Shown here one piece after another: positions 13,340 to 26,789 of a stretch of 64,000 nucleotides of DNA. Location: contig NC_043002.1 in assembly GCF_006345805.1 (NCBI RefSeq), positions 71,796,001 through 71,860,000 of the forward strand, written 5' to 3'. The first letter of the stretch is position 1, and each line of letters starts with the position of its first letter. The position numbers and the translations under genes are program-made. The notes under the pieces were generated by a model. It searched no databases. It was not told where the DNA came from and saw nothing but the letters and a program-made list of their open reading frames with translations. Source of the DNA: Octopus sinensis (lineage: Eukaryota).

Positions 13340-14098
13340 CTTAAGTACTGTTCACTATTTTCCTCTTTCTGTAACATCAGTTCTCAAGTAACCTTCCTCT
13401 AATATGTCAGAATTATAAGTATTTGATTCACAAGTGATAAAGACAGCGATTAAAGTTAAAATATAGAATAAACATTCTTTTTCCGTTCATAATATATTCT
13501 ACTACCAAGAAATATTAACGATTTGAGACTAAGATATGTTAATAATATATTAAATTACCATGAAAACGATTTGAGACTATATTCATAATGTATTCTATTA
13601 CCAAGAAATATTACCGATTTGAGACTAAGACATGTTCAAATATACTTACGTATATTCGTCACATTAATATTATACAGCCCAAATATTATGTTGTTTTCTT
13701 GAATCTTACACAAATAAACCGTCTCTAAACATATTACAAATGGCTATATTATTCAGGGTAATGAGGACACGTAGGTGTCCGAATTGGTATAGGGAGTCCA
13801 GTACTTCATTGACGTCATGTCCGAGACAACACTCCAGTTGAGGTTAAAATAAATGTTGTACGTCGATTGAACTTGCGTTCCGCTGTCATTTTGAGTTATA
13901 GCTCTCAGACGCCTTCAGGATGAGACTGAAATACGCAGATATACGTTAAGATATATCGAACTTAATATAATCCAATTCTTTTATCTCTTCAAACAGAAAT
14001 TTGTGCAGGCTCCCATTATACTTATCGCATTTCTTGTCTCCACTCCCATATATACATAAATACATAAATACATATGTGTATGTGTGTTTGTGTGTGTG

Positions 14099-14137
<39 letters not shown>

Positions 14138-14474
14138 CATGTATGTATTTGTATATATATATATATATTAATATATATATATATATACACAAAGGTTTGT
14201 ATATATACATATATATACACACACACTACAGACACAAACACACACTCCTCACGTACGCGCACGCACAGACATACACACATACATATATATGTATGCGTGT
14301 GTGTGTATGGTACATCCTCTAATCGATATATACTTTCATTGTGAGCGATTACTTCCTAAGTAATCACAAAGAGTTAAAAACTTTATCTTTCTTCTTTCGT
14401 TTTTCTTTCTGTATGTCACTTCTCTACATACGTACAAATATATCTCTGTGTGAATGTCTGAGCCTCTGTGCATG

Positions 14475-14551
<77 letters not shown>

Positions 14552-14761
14552 GATGTATGCTGTGTAATCGATATATTGCCTCATTTTGAATGAGTATTTT
14601 TAATGCATATATAAAGATTGAAATTATATAAAGCAAAATGTCAACCCATACTGCGGAGCCTGAGATAAACAGATTTCAAATGATCAAGTAATATATACAA
14701 ACATATATATATACATTTACATATACATACATACATATATATACATATATACGTACATATG

Positions 14762-14792
<31 letters not shown>

Positions 14793-15042
14793 TTATACAA
14801 ATTTGTGCTTATAATATCATATATTCGTACATACATATAAATGTACATAGATGTCTATGTGCGTGTGTGTGTTTGGGTATGGAATATCGAGCAAGCGTCG
14901 GTGATATCCACCTCCTTCTATGAATAAGTGAGGTAAAACCAGTTTACATTTTCAATTCAATCCTATGAGGGATCTAGTTTCATGTCGAATATGCGTGTGT
15001 GTGCACATATATATATATAGATATATATATATATATATATTC

Positions 15043-15078
<36 letters not shown>

Positions 15079-16229
15079 ACACACACACACACACCAGCAA
15101 TGCAGCCCAGAGTGTTATGAGCTACAACCACATTGTATTATTTGTTCCTTTCCTATGGGAGGAATTGACAAACAAGGCGTACGAAGCAAACCCGTCTTGT
15201 TTATAATCATGTATTTCGGTCATTTTCTGACGAACAGCCCTGCTGTTTCTGTCTACGAGATTCAGTCACAAGTTTGTAGTTGGCCTAGGGCTACAGTAGA
15301 AAATCCGTGCCCAAGGTACCATGCAGATGGACTGAACGTGGAACCATGTGGTAGAGAAGCAAGCGTCAACCACACAGTCATTCTTGCACCTAATATGTAT
15401 GCGCGCATGCGTGTGTTTACATTTGTTGTTTAATCGAGAATTGTGTCCCACTATGTCTCAAAGGTAGCATTTCAGCAATCCGTAAAATAAATGCCAGATT
15501 GAAATACGTACTGAAATAAGGATGATCAATTAAATTTTTGAAGGCGACAGACGAAAAACTAAATCCTGTAATATTAATGTTTAAAGACTTAATGGCTTCA
15601 AATTTAAGGTAATGCATTATTAAGCACAAGACAATGAGTACAGATCTTCGTGTTAAACTTCCACTCTATACGAAAACATTATATGTACATCTACATCTAC
15701 TAGGCTCCCAAGAATTAACAGTAGTAATTTGAAGTTGAATGTTTATCAGCAAAAAGATGTCCAGATTTCTTTTAAAATTATTGTACAAAATATTTTGCAA
15801 ACAAGCATTATTTCACCAAAACAAAACACACACACACACACAGATGTGTCTCTGTGGCACTTTACGCTATTACAAATAGCAGCTAAATCTCTCTTAAAAC
15901 ACACCCTTGCTTCAAAAGAAAAGCACAGATTGACAGTATTTCAGGAAGAAAAAAGTATGCGATATGTCTGCTACATCAGTGGCAGCTATGGGCTAAACAA
16001 AACACAGACAAGCATACTTCATATTAGAAGATTATCTACTAAATAATACTAATGAAGTTGACAGTACATCTTCAAAGCTTCATTCCCTGGTAAAACTCCA
16101 TGTATTTTAGGATTGTCATGCAGAGTTGTCTCCCTTAGCTAAAGAACACAAAATTGTGCGACCTGACCTCGTTTCCGAGGTTATTTTCCTAATAAAAATG
16201 AGTTGTGCAAAAAAACATACTTTATTTGG

Positions 16230-16640
16230 TAGCCAAAAGTGTATTGAGTCTTTTGAGCGGCTTAAGTCAGCGCTAGAAGAAAGACGACCATCTTTGGTTT
16301 CAAGACAAAATGTATTCTCCCATCAAGATGATGCTCGGCCACATACAGCGAGGATGACATTCCAAAGGCTGGTCAGTCTGAATGAGAAACGATGCTCCAC
16401 CCATCATATTTGCCGGACATTGCCTCATCTAATCATTATTTATTCTGCAGTCTTTAAACTCAATTGGACGGAAAAAATATTACTTCTGTATAATAGATCA
16501 GAACAGTACAGGAGGAGTACTTTTCCTCACGTTTAAGTGAATTTTGGAAGAGAGACCTAGCAAGTCTACCAGATAGATGGAAGAGTATTGTAGAAAATGA
16601 AAAAGAGTATATTTTAGATTAGGAATGAACTTTACCATAA
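16230..16640 (+). mobile_element. Mariner transposase 3' fragment
   Basis: ERLKSALEERRPSLVSRQNVFSHQDDARPHTARMT followed by a PDIASSNHYLF-like segment. Confidence 0.8.
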
Positions 16641-16669
16641 ATTTGAAAAATAAAAGTATAAAAGATCTG

Positions 16670-17005
16670 AGTGACTGAGTCATTTAGTCAATGAGTGAGC
16701 GAGAGAGTGAGCGAGTGAGTCAGTCAGTCAATGTGTGAGTGAGTGCGTGAGTGAATTTTTGAGTGGGTGGGTAGCTGAATGAGGGAGTGAATGAATCAGT
16801 CAATGAATGAACAAGGGAATGGGTCAGTCAGTGAATGAGTGAGTGAGTGAGTTAGTGAGTGAGTGAGTGAATGAGTGAGTGAGTGAGTGAGTAAGTGAGT
16901 GAGTGAGTGAGTGAGTGAGTGAGTGAGTGAGTGAGTGAGTGAGAGAGTAGGTGAATGAGCCGAGTGTGTTTAGGTGAGTCAGTCAACGAGTGATTGAGTG
17001 AGTTA
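16670..17005. repeat. Degenerate (GAGT)n tetranucleotide array
   Basis: Direct reading. Confidence 0.9.
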
Positions 17006-18423
17006 ACGATCGAGTATTCGATAGTGGGTTCTGAATGAATACCGCGTAAATCTACACTTCTCGTTGAAAGAAATATTGAGCCATCTGATTAGATTTTAAA
17101 AGATTTAGAACTCTGAAACCGCGATGCGAATTTGCTTCTCTTCTCTATGAGAATTAAAATAAATGCTATAGCGCGAAACTTGTCTATAAACTGTGAAGAA
17201 CCATTCTCTGTTACGAATCAAAATTATTGCTCAAATAAATTTGGTGGTTGCGTGGTAACGTGATATAAATTTTATTGTAATTCTCATTTCCAATATTGTC
17301 TAAGTGGAAACCATATCATATGAATCCTGTGATTCTTTAAGTAGATAACATAATACAGAATCCCTTGCTGGTATGTACTTTCTTGCTTCTACATAAAATG
17401 ACAGTGTCGCTTTGTTCTTAAGGAGAATGTCTTTTTCCAGATATTTCTTTTATGAAAGAACATTACTCTGTTTTTTTTGTTTGTTTGTTTGTTTGTTTGT
17501 TTGTTTTATGTTGTTGTTTTTTTTTTACTTTTCTGAAGTAAGAACATGAAATAAAAGTAAATTTAGAATTTTATATGATTCTGGTGTCTATAACTATTGG
17601 CTGAATATTGAAATTTCTTAGGACATTTCCATATTTCAATTAATGGAATAGGTACGTCGTTCTGAATGACATTTCTCCGCCCGTACGAAGATTGAATTAA
17701 ATTCTTGAAATAAAACTGTCCAAAGTGTAATGAATCGGGTTTAATCGTGCAGATGCGGATTTCGCACTCTGAAGATTTATACTTCTAAATTACCTGTCCA
17801 AAATTTGGTAAATATGTAATTTCGTTTAAATATTTTGGCCAATGATTAATGAGAAGATAACCTAATTGAATATGTTGTCCTTATATTAATATATATTGGA
17901 ATCTTTATAACACTATTCATGTTAATATGAAAGCTTAACTTGTGCTTCAAACCATAAACATATGTTGGCATTTCACTTATGAAGGTTAGTAAGAGAATTA
18001 TAATGAAACGGTAGCGCAGCAAGAGAAACTACAGCCGCCTATTATAGTATTACATTATTTAAGAGAGCCAGATCTATTTGAGTATAAGAGAAACCATTTA
18101 TATGGTGTTTTCTCTAAAATAGGCTGAACTCTGATCACTATAACCAATTACATATAACCTTAAATAACTGCCATGAGAGAACTTAGCGCTCATTGATGTC
18201 AGTTGTATTGGAAAATAATCATTGCCGAATATGTCAAATCGCCTATTTTTAAATCAAATTGTGAAGCAATATATTGGAGATTTTGAAATAAACATCACTT
18301 AATCTGAGTGAATTTAATAAACACGAAAAGTACATTTTCATATATGTTTTGGTTTTTGTCTTTTAGCATACGCCTATTAAACATCAACATCGTCTATATA
18401 AAGGAACACAGACTGATAGGCAT

Positions 18424-18580
18424 GACATCCGTGGATAGGCAGTTAATCGATTACAGTACTTAACTGGTATTTCGTTCATCGGCCCCAAGACGATAAAAGG
18501 CAAAATCGACCTTGCTGGAATTTGAAATCAGAAATGCCGCTAAATATTTTGCACGTCGCACTAACGACTTCTGCTAGCTA
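18424..18580 (-). mobile_element. SINE family A, diverged
   Basis: ATCGATTACAGTACTTAACTGGTATT...AAAGGCAAAATCGACCTT...GAATTTGAA. Confidence 0.7.
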
Positions 18581-20585
18581 ACCGGCAGAGATTTCTTTAA
18601 TACATCTATAGCCGCTTATCAAGGGAGGTGGTACGGTTCCAAAAAGAGCACCGTAATATATCATCTATCAGTGACAAATGAATCATCCTCACGCAGTCTG
18701 TGCATTCGGTGTACTTCTAGTTTCAAAATGCCAAGAGATTGTACATCTCTCAATTTATGACGAGGGTTTATAGTTTAAAAAAATACACAGCGATAAACAA
18801 ATCACATACCCTCCACTCACAAACCACACACACACACACACACTTTCTAAATGATACGAATGGTAAATTCATTGACACCAAATTTGCAGCCTGCAAAAGT
18901 GAAGCTTCCACCGTTATGTATTTTCTTGATCGCCTCAATATGTACCTGTGGAGAATACAAGAGGTCTGTGTTGTGTTTTATAATCACACGTCCCCTTATT
19001 TTGTCTTTTCACTTGACCCATGGTGATAGACATGAGTAAGTAAATCTGCATAAAATGTCTGCAGACTGGCGGCACAGTCATCTAATTGTAGACAATAGTC
19101 AAGGCATTCGAGCAGTTTAACATCGTTCGTGATCACTCGGGTATACTTTTGCGGATGAAGCAGAACCGCTTTATTAAGAGAAACCCATTAATGTCGTAAA
19201 TATTCAATATTTAGTCGCAATATTATAAAGCAGTATATATAGATTAGACAGACAGACAGAAAGAGAGAGAAAGAGAGAGAGAGGTGGGTGCATATTTATG
19301 CATGTGTGCTGTTTTCAACATTATGGGGAGCATTGAGTGAAAACGCCGCACAAATCGAACCGAACTCTGTTTTTGAGATCAATAAAATAAGTAGCAGTTA
19401 AATACTGAGTTTCATATGATCGATTTTATCCGCCTCCAAATATCAAGTACCGATGAAGTAATGGGGTCGCTAGAATCAATTTTGATCTTTGCAAAAAGTT
19501 ACCAATATTAGAAATCTATTTTTAGTAAAACAAACCAAGAATATTTTATTGCCTTCACTAAAATAAAAACTTGGTGGAATTTATTTCTTATTCGGATTCT
19601 GCCAACATATTTGTTTGAAACAGCCATTCCTGGTTATTCTCTCATACAGAAAAAAAACTTAAGTACTTGTCTTTTTAAAACCTTTTGAGTTTGTCCTAAA
19701 TGTCCATGCATGTTTTCAGAATTTTAGTTCTTGTTTGATGTGTTTGAATAAAGAATTAGACTTTCCTCTCATAAGACCCTAATTACTGTGTTGGCTGGAA
19801 AAAATTCCGAATGTGTAGCAAAGATAACGCATGCACGACAGATAAATACTATATGTCGCATGTGATGCTCAAGACAGACAGAGTAAGATTAAATCCACTG
19901 AGCGCCATTTGTAACGTGAGGTTACATATAAAGTGAGGCTACATATAACGTGAGGTTACTTGAGGTCATATGTTACCTGAGGTTACGATAAAAACGACAG
20001 TATTTAATACTTAAAAAATCTCGACCCCTAGCTGAAATAACTAAACTAAATTATTTTTACAAATAATGTAATTGTATCTAATATCTAGATATATGTTAAT
20101 CTAATTGATTCTGTATTACTGCTTTAATGTATGAATAATTCTTTTTCAGAGGAGACACGTATGTGCTATCTTTAAGTGTTCGAGCGTCTGTGATAGTTGC
20201 TGAATATGATCCTGTATTTTGTAACAGTTTGCCATATAAGACTTTATTTGTATATTTATTTCTATATTTGGATGTTACTAAAATGATGTTTACGAAACTG
20301 CTGACGTTTGAACTACAATATTTGTCTTGCAGGCATTTGTTGAAATATTCCACTTCGTCTCGATAAATTATATTTATCTGTATGCTAAAATATGAATAAC
20401 GTTGACTTACCACTACAAAACATAAAAATACTAACGTGTACATAGACATTAAATATATATACGTGTGTGTATGTGTGTGTTATATACGAATCACACACCC
20501 ATACATGTATATTTGTATATATTTCACGTCACTCCAAGTTTCTGCATTCTTATGACGTAAACACACACACACACACACACACACA

Positions 20586-20625
<40 letters not shown>

Positions 20626-20651
20626 CAAAGAACAGAGAGAAGGGAATTATA

Positions 20652-20832
20652 ATATCAACAATTGAGGGTAAAATTAATTAGTTATTAATCAATTTCACCA
20701 AGTAGTGTTCAGTATGTAAAAGGACCATTTAAGGCGAATTCAAAATATTACATTATATAATTAGGGCCTTTTACATACTGAACACTACTTGGTGAAATTG
20801 ATTAATAACTAATTAATTTTACCCTCAATTGT

Positions 20833-20838
<6 letters not shown>
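20652..20838. repeat. 72-bp perfect inverted repeat with 43-bp spacer between (TA)n arrays
   Basis: 20652-20723 is the reverse complement of 20767-20838. Confidence 0.9.
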
Positions 20839-20888
<50 letters not shown>

Positions 20889-21153
20889 TAGCGTCGTATT
20901 TATTACGTTCGCTATTTTCCAGTAAATATCGGTACTTCGTTGTGCCATTTATTTACTTTTATGTATATATATATATATATGTAACTGGCATCGATATGTT
21001 TCACAACATATATTTTATGTCAACCAGCTTCAACTCACAGGTCATTCATTACTCAGCGCAGACACTTGCCAAGAGCTCCACGCAGTAAAATCGGCAACGT
21101 CATAATTATGCAAGTTTCTCAATTACACACACATATGTATGCGTATATGTATG

Positions 21154-21210
<57 letters not shown>

Positions 21211-21259
21211 CAGTATCTGTGCGAAGCTGTGTTTAGGCAACACAAGCGCACATAAGCTT

Positions 21260-21991
21260 AAATATGTTTGTGACATATTTCAACTTCTAAGGAAAACTCA
21301 CTGCAGTTGCCGTGGAGAAAATATTTCCTCTTATGTTTCCTTCTTTCTTAATTCATTTTTTTTTTTATTTTCGCAGCTTTTGCAGATTCCCGTGACTCTG
21401 TCGCCATCCTTTTATATTATTATGAATTTAAATTGGGGGGCTTGAGTCACAGCGAACCTTTCTTTAGCTCATCACACAACTATTGACACTACACCTACGG
21501 ATGCGTTGCAGTTATTCCCTTGATAAAGCTTGGCGGTCCTAAGCGTTGATCTTCAGGAATTCCTTTGCTCAGTGTCAATGCAAGAAGCACCATCGGCTCA
21601 GCTGTGCTTTTACGCTACTTCTTCACAATCCGTCATGCAGTAGTCCCATGACTTCACCGTATACCTGGCTGGGTGGCAGAACGGGCGTTATGCCTTGCCA
21701 ATGGGCAACCCGTAACAATGCAAAGCACGTACGTTATTCCGTGATGTATTTCCACGATGTCCGCATACCCAAATCTTATGGTAAAAGTTGTGAAAAAAAC
21801 ATATTCACCCACTTTGGTATTTTCAACTGAGACCGGATAAAGCGCTACAAACACTGCGACAGGAAACCCGACAGGGAGCGACACTAGGCGGATATGGTGT
21901 TTCCACACCTTGTCCTTAAGAGAGATATCTCTCTCCACGGTAAACGCAGTGAATTTGCCTTTAAAAGCTGAAATATATCGCAAATATATTT
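21260..21991. repeat. Diverged ~75-bp inverted repeat enclosing ~580 bp (old TIR element or inverted duplication)
   Basis: 21260-21333 versus reverse complement of 21917-21991, about 80% identical by eye. Confidence 0.6.
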
Positions 21992-22070
21992 TATCTTACC
22001 TAAAGTTCTCATGCATATATATATACAGACATGTGAATATGCACAAACGTACATATACGTACATATACAA

Positions 22071-22118
<48 letters not shown>

Positions 22119-22227
22119 GTATATATATGTGTGTATATATACGCATGTATATTATAGATACATACATACACGCATACACGTACACTCACGCACACACGCA
22201 CACACATACACACACACAAACACAGAC

Positions 22228-22267
<40 letters not shown>

Positions 22268-22537
22268 AGCATGTGTGAGTGCTACCGCGTGTATTTCGCA
22301 AAGCCACATGTATATTATGCACTTTTTCCAAAAAATCAATATTAAATTTCGAGGTGCGTATGATACCTAATATTAAGATGGCAAGTTATTTCCAAAATCA
22401 CTTTATTAAAAGAAACACAATAATGTAATAAATCTTTAATATATAGTCGCAATATTATAAAACAGTATAAGGGGATAGATAGGTAGATAGATAGATAGAT
22501 ATATAGATAGATAGATATTACCTACTTACATACACAC

Positions 22538-22583
<46 letters not shown>

Positions 22584-22589
22584 CTCACG

Positions 22590-23040
22590 GATGAGGAAGG
22601 CGCTAGCTAGGCTATTGTCCCTGATGGATTTCCAACAATACTTCTCAAATCGTGCAAACATGCCCTTCCAAAATCATTGCAACTTCTTTTTTTAGCTTTC
22701 CTGCTAATGGTAAGTTCCTAGGCAAATTGCTGGAGAGTATAATATGCCCAGTCCATAAAGGAGAAAGATGAGCAGATGCTTAAATCTACACGTCTATCTT
22801 TCTGACTTCACACATCAGCAAAATCATGGAACGAATATTCAGAAGGAAACTTATTGATCATGATGTCCTGGATGAAACATAGAATGATTTTCGTCCAGTT
22901 AGAAGCGGCCCGATACAGCTCTTGCCGGACTATGACTGGGTATTAAAGTAGCTGCTCACCAACTCAAATACTGCTGTGATATATCTAGACTTTTTAAGAG
23001 ATTTTGATAGAATTGACCATTATATATTTTAAAAGCTGCG
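22590..23040 (+). mobile_element. CR1/Jockey-type LINE reverse transcriptase remnant
   Basis: VPDGFPTILLKSCK...ICPVHKG...LTSHISKIMERI...FRPVRS...AVIYLDF..DFDRIDH with stops. Confidence 0.8.
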
Positions 23041-23269
23041 TGATCTTAGCATGGTGGAAAAAAATTGATAGAAGTCAGGCTGCGGCGAACAATGGAACCC
23101 ACCTGTAGAAAAACACTACTTAAACAAAGCATCGAAGAGGTGGTAAAATATTTTCTTGAATCATCTACTGAAATTAGTCGAGTATTATTTTTTTTCCAGT
23201 AATGCACGAGTTCTTTGGTTCTTTCCGTCAACGATATGATTTCTAGTAACAGCTTCTTCTTCAAGTACA

Positions 23270-23785
23270 AATCCAGCAGTGTTTAGGGCAAGGAGGCTAG
23301 TCGATTATATAGACCTCGTTACTTGTCTGGTATTTTATTTCACCAGCTTCAAAGAGATGAAAAAGAAAGTTGACCTCAACGAGATTCGAACGTGGGATTT
23401 AAATAGCTAGAAGGAATATCGTATGAATGTTTTCACCCACCACTTCAACGAGTCTACTAATTCATCATTATTTTACAATGATTTATAATTTAAGCAACAG
23501 TATCGCGGAGGTAGGTCGTCAATTACATCGATCCCAGTACTCAAGTGGTACTTATCTTATCGACTCTGAAATCCTGAAAGGCATAGTCAAACTCGGCAGA
23601 ACTTGAACTCTGGACTGAAAATGAATCGATAATACTGACCGATAATACAGAGTTCAATTGGCACTTTATTTTATCGATATCCGAAAAGGTGAAATGCGAA
23701 TTTAACCTGGGCCACATTAAAACTCAGAACGTAGCCCGCATGGAATTTTCCCCGAAGCTCTAACTATACTGTCGGCTCGCTATCT
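23270..23785 (-). mobile_element. Two to three degenerate SINE family A copies
   Basis: Repeated TCGAT...AGTAC...GGTACTT...AAAGG...GAACT motifs. Confidence 0.65.
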
Positions 23786-24297
23786 TATATATGCTCGCTA
23801 TTAATGCAGCGATCTCAGAAATGTAGAAATTAGCTATGGTTGATGAACCTGTCTTGCAAGACAATTAACATAGCGATTATTTTAAGAATCCATTTGGCAT
23901 CGATGCATAGAATTGCATTGAAAAGGATCTACATGTTAACAGAAGTTCTTATAAATGCAGTGAATTAGCGATGAGGATGGATGATTTTAAATGTCCATTA
24001 CGCAATAATCCAACCTTTAAATTAAGCAATGTCTATAAAAACGAGTCGCTATTTATTTATAACATGCGTTTCAGAAAATCTGACAAAAGTGTATTAATTA
24101 ATACCGTAACAATAATGGTGAAGATCGTCCACTTTGAAATAAACTGCGAAATCAAAATGCCGCTTATTATAGAAGGTCATTGTTTGACTTTCTTGAAGCA
24201 GCAACGTTTCTTCCGAACGAAAAGAGGAAAGAACTACCCTTAATAGATCGCTCATATTTCTTGTGTGAAAGATTTATTATTCTCTTCTGGCTCTTAC

Positions 24298-24435
24298 CGG
24301 GAAACTGACGGAAATCCAAAGCGCCGTAAGCAATTGCAATTTCTGAGTTATCTTCAATTCCTGAGTTGAAATCTTCTTGGCGAAGAATAAAAACAGGCAG
24401 ATCTTTGTAACGAAATACCTGTCTATTCATGGAAT
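24298..24435 (-). other. Candidate intact 138-nt symmetric (phase 1-1) exon
   Basis: CCCTAATTTAG acceptor, G|GTAAGA donor, open frame (D)SMNRQVFRYKDLPVFILRQEDFNSGIEDNSEIAIAYGALDFRQFP. Confidence 0.5.
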
Positions 24436-24883
24436 CTAAATTAGGGTAAATGATTTTATATATTTTGAACAAAGCATTTTCATGCTAACGATACGAAAAT
24501 GGCAGTCTGATAGGGAATTTTTTGCTCCCTCCAAATCGTTGTAAAAGGGGCATTCCATTTTTTTCCAACTAGCTATCTATGCTAGTCACTTGAACTTGCT
24601 AAACAAATTATAAGAAATTAGTTGACAATCAAAATATAGTATGTATATTTTAAAAGCATGTGTAAAATGTTCAAGCAAAATGTCTGGATGATTTTTGCAT
24701 TCTCTTGGAGGGTTAATAGTGTATTTAGAATATATTAAAATATAAAACGAAGACAAAATGTTAACAAAAGCAATATGATGTATCATGATATTTATGCATG
24801 TATTAGTAAATTTAATTACGATTTGATAATAAATACCTTAATTTAATATAAACTTATTTACAATAAACCAAATATGAGCAACT

Positions 24884-25522
24884 GGTCAATCCCCGAAAAG
24901 TATTTGTGCTAAGGGCCCTGTTGAGATAAGCGTGAGGATACTATCGACCGGCCGAAGACAGTAGCTGCGGAGCACTGCCCAGCGATCAGATGGCGGACAC
25001 CAATCGCCTACTGTCCCGACGAGAACGGTTCGAAACGACAGATGGAAGGCATCCGTCCGATGCCGGCACCCGGAAATCGAGTGCTGTCGAGACGGCAGAT
25101 GACCAGTCGCGGAACGACCAGCCGCCACCGGCGGGATTTGAGTCTCCTCGCGATCGCGGTGAATGGTTCTACCCGTTTACCCCTGTGCGGTTTCACGGTC
25201 TCTTGAACTCCAACGTTCTTTTAAGTTGTCCTTCGGCTATCGGACTCATCCCCGCATTTAGCCTTGGATGGAGCTTGCCACCCACTATGGGCTGCGCTCC
25301 CAAGCAACTCGACTCTAAGGGCAAAGAACACTGCCGATCGTCACCGGCTCCAAATGAGCCTGGCACCGGCTCTCAGCAGCCCCGACACGGCCGACATTGT
25401 TCAGCATTGGGCTTCTCCAGCTTCACTCACCGTTACTTACGGAATCCTGATTGATTTCCTTTCCTTCGCTTAGTGATATGCTTAAGTTCAGCAGGTAGAC
25501 TCGCACGGCGATTCACAGGGCA
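24884..25522 (-). pseudogene. 28S rRNA 5' fragment (5' end through D1/D2), degenerate
   Basis: Minus strand ACCTGCTGAACTTAAGCATATCACTAAGCG, AGAGTCGAGTTGCTTGGGAGCGCAGCCC, GGTGGCAAGCTCCATCCAAGGCTAAAT, GAGTTCAAGAGACCGTGAAACCG; substitutions and deletions in conserved cores. Confidence 0.9.
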
Positions 25523-25835
25523 AACACCGACCGACGACGACCAAAGCGGAAAAAGAAAAAACGGATAAGAGGAGGGTTAAGAAAACCTTTCGCAGGCGAG
25601 TGGCAGTGGCGGTCATTTCCTCGTCGAGAGGGAGTCGAGGCATCTTCTTCTGAAGCGGTGGCCGCTGCTGTGTCTTCGTTCCCACTGTTCTTATATCGTT
25701 GTCTATCTCTCTCTGTTGCTTCCGATTTCCCCACTTCGAGCTGGTTGCCGTCGTAAAGCGCAACGGTGACCGCTGGCATGGCGGCAGACGGTGAATTGTT
25801 ATGGCGTCGCTCCCCGCCCGCGTCCTTTCATGCTC
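25523..25835 (-). other. Probable ITS2 remnant upstream of the 28S fragment
   Basis: GC-rich, contiguous with the 28S 5' end; no 5.8S motif seen. Confidence 0.55.
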
Positions 25836-26789
25836 AAAAAATATAAATAGACATAAAATCATAAATGATTATATGTGCGCATCTACGATTTACATCTACA
25901 CATGTACCGCTCTCTCTTTATCTCTCTTTCTATCTATCTATTTATCTATCTATTTATCAAGACAGATAGATAGATAGATTCATACATACATACATACATA
26001 CATACATACATACATACATACAAAAATACCATGTTGTTGATGTTGAAATTGCAATGAAGGAGCCTTGGATCTAGGTTAGAAACCAATTCTTTCTCTGTTG
26101 GGAAGAAATCTTGAAATAAACTGAATAATTATACATACACACACTCACACACAAACACAAACGCACAACATACACACACACGCATATATGTTTGTAAGTG
26201 TATGTGTATACGTGTGTTTGTCTGTCTGTAAATATGCATGTATGTATGTGTGTATCCATAGGCGTTCACACACATATGCTTTAATGATTTCTTTAAGTTC
26301 TGTATAATAGAAACTAGACCGGTCAGTAGGCATTACTAATGTTGACTAAGTATAGACAGCTAATATAATAGAAATAATTGAATATAGTGTCGTATTAAAA
26401 TATAGCTTTAGCGGATATTGTCTGTCCGGAGAAACAAGAATTGCAAGTTTATGTAGAGCAGATAGTTGCAGCTAGAAATTGTAAAGTATACAGACTACAG
26501 CTGAAGATGTTTGTCAGCTGAAGTATATCTTTTGAGACACGGACAATAAAATATAGTATTGAATATTCAGTAGTCACATTGTATTGATTTCGTACATAGG
26601 CACAAGGCCTCGGATTTATTGAAGACCGTAAACAATAGTGCATGCCGTTGTTCAAGGAAACTGAATGCATAATGAGAATTTGATCCATCAAGGAAATTAA
26701 GATTAGACAGCAGATATTGTTATTCATATAATGTCGGTTTAAATCTGATTGACCCCCGCCACTATAATAAGCGATGGAATTATCGTCTA

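Noticed and set aside
13490-13640. 96-bp-period local duplication
   Set aside because: Ordinary slippage duplication without further structure.
19915-19990. Short GTGAGGTTAC repeats (~19-bp period)
   Set aside because: Few degenerate copies with no distinct spacers.
19212-22470. 26-bp match TAGTCGCAATATTATAAA.CAGTATA at 19212 and 22444
   Set aside because: Could not be extended; too short to call a segmental duplication.
24884-25522. R2/R4 insertion explaining the 28S fragment
   Set aside because: No retroelement sequence abuts it, and known R-element target sites lie further 3' in 28S.
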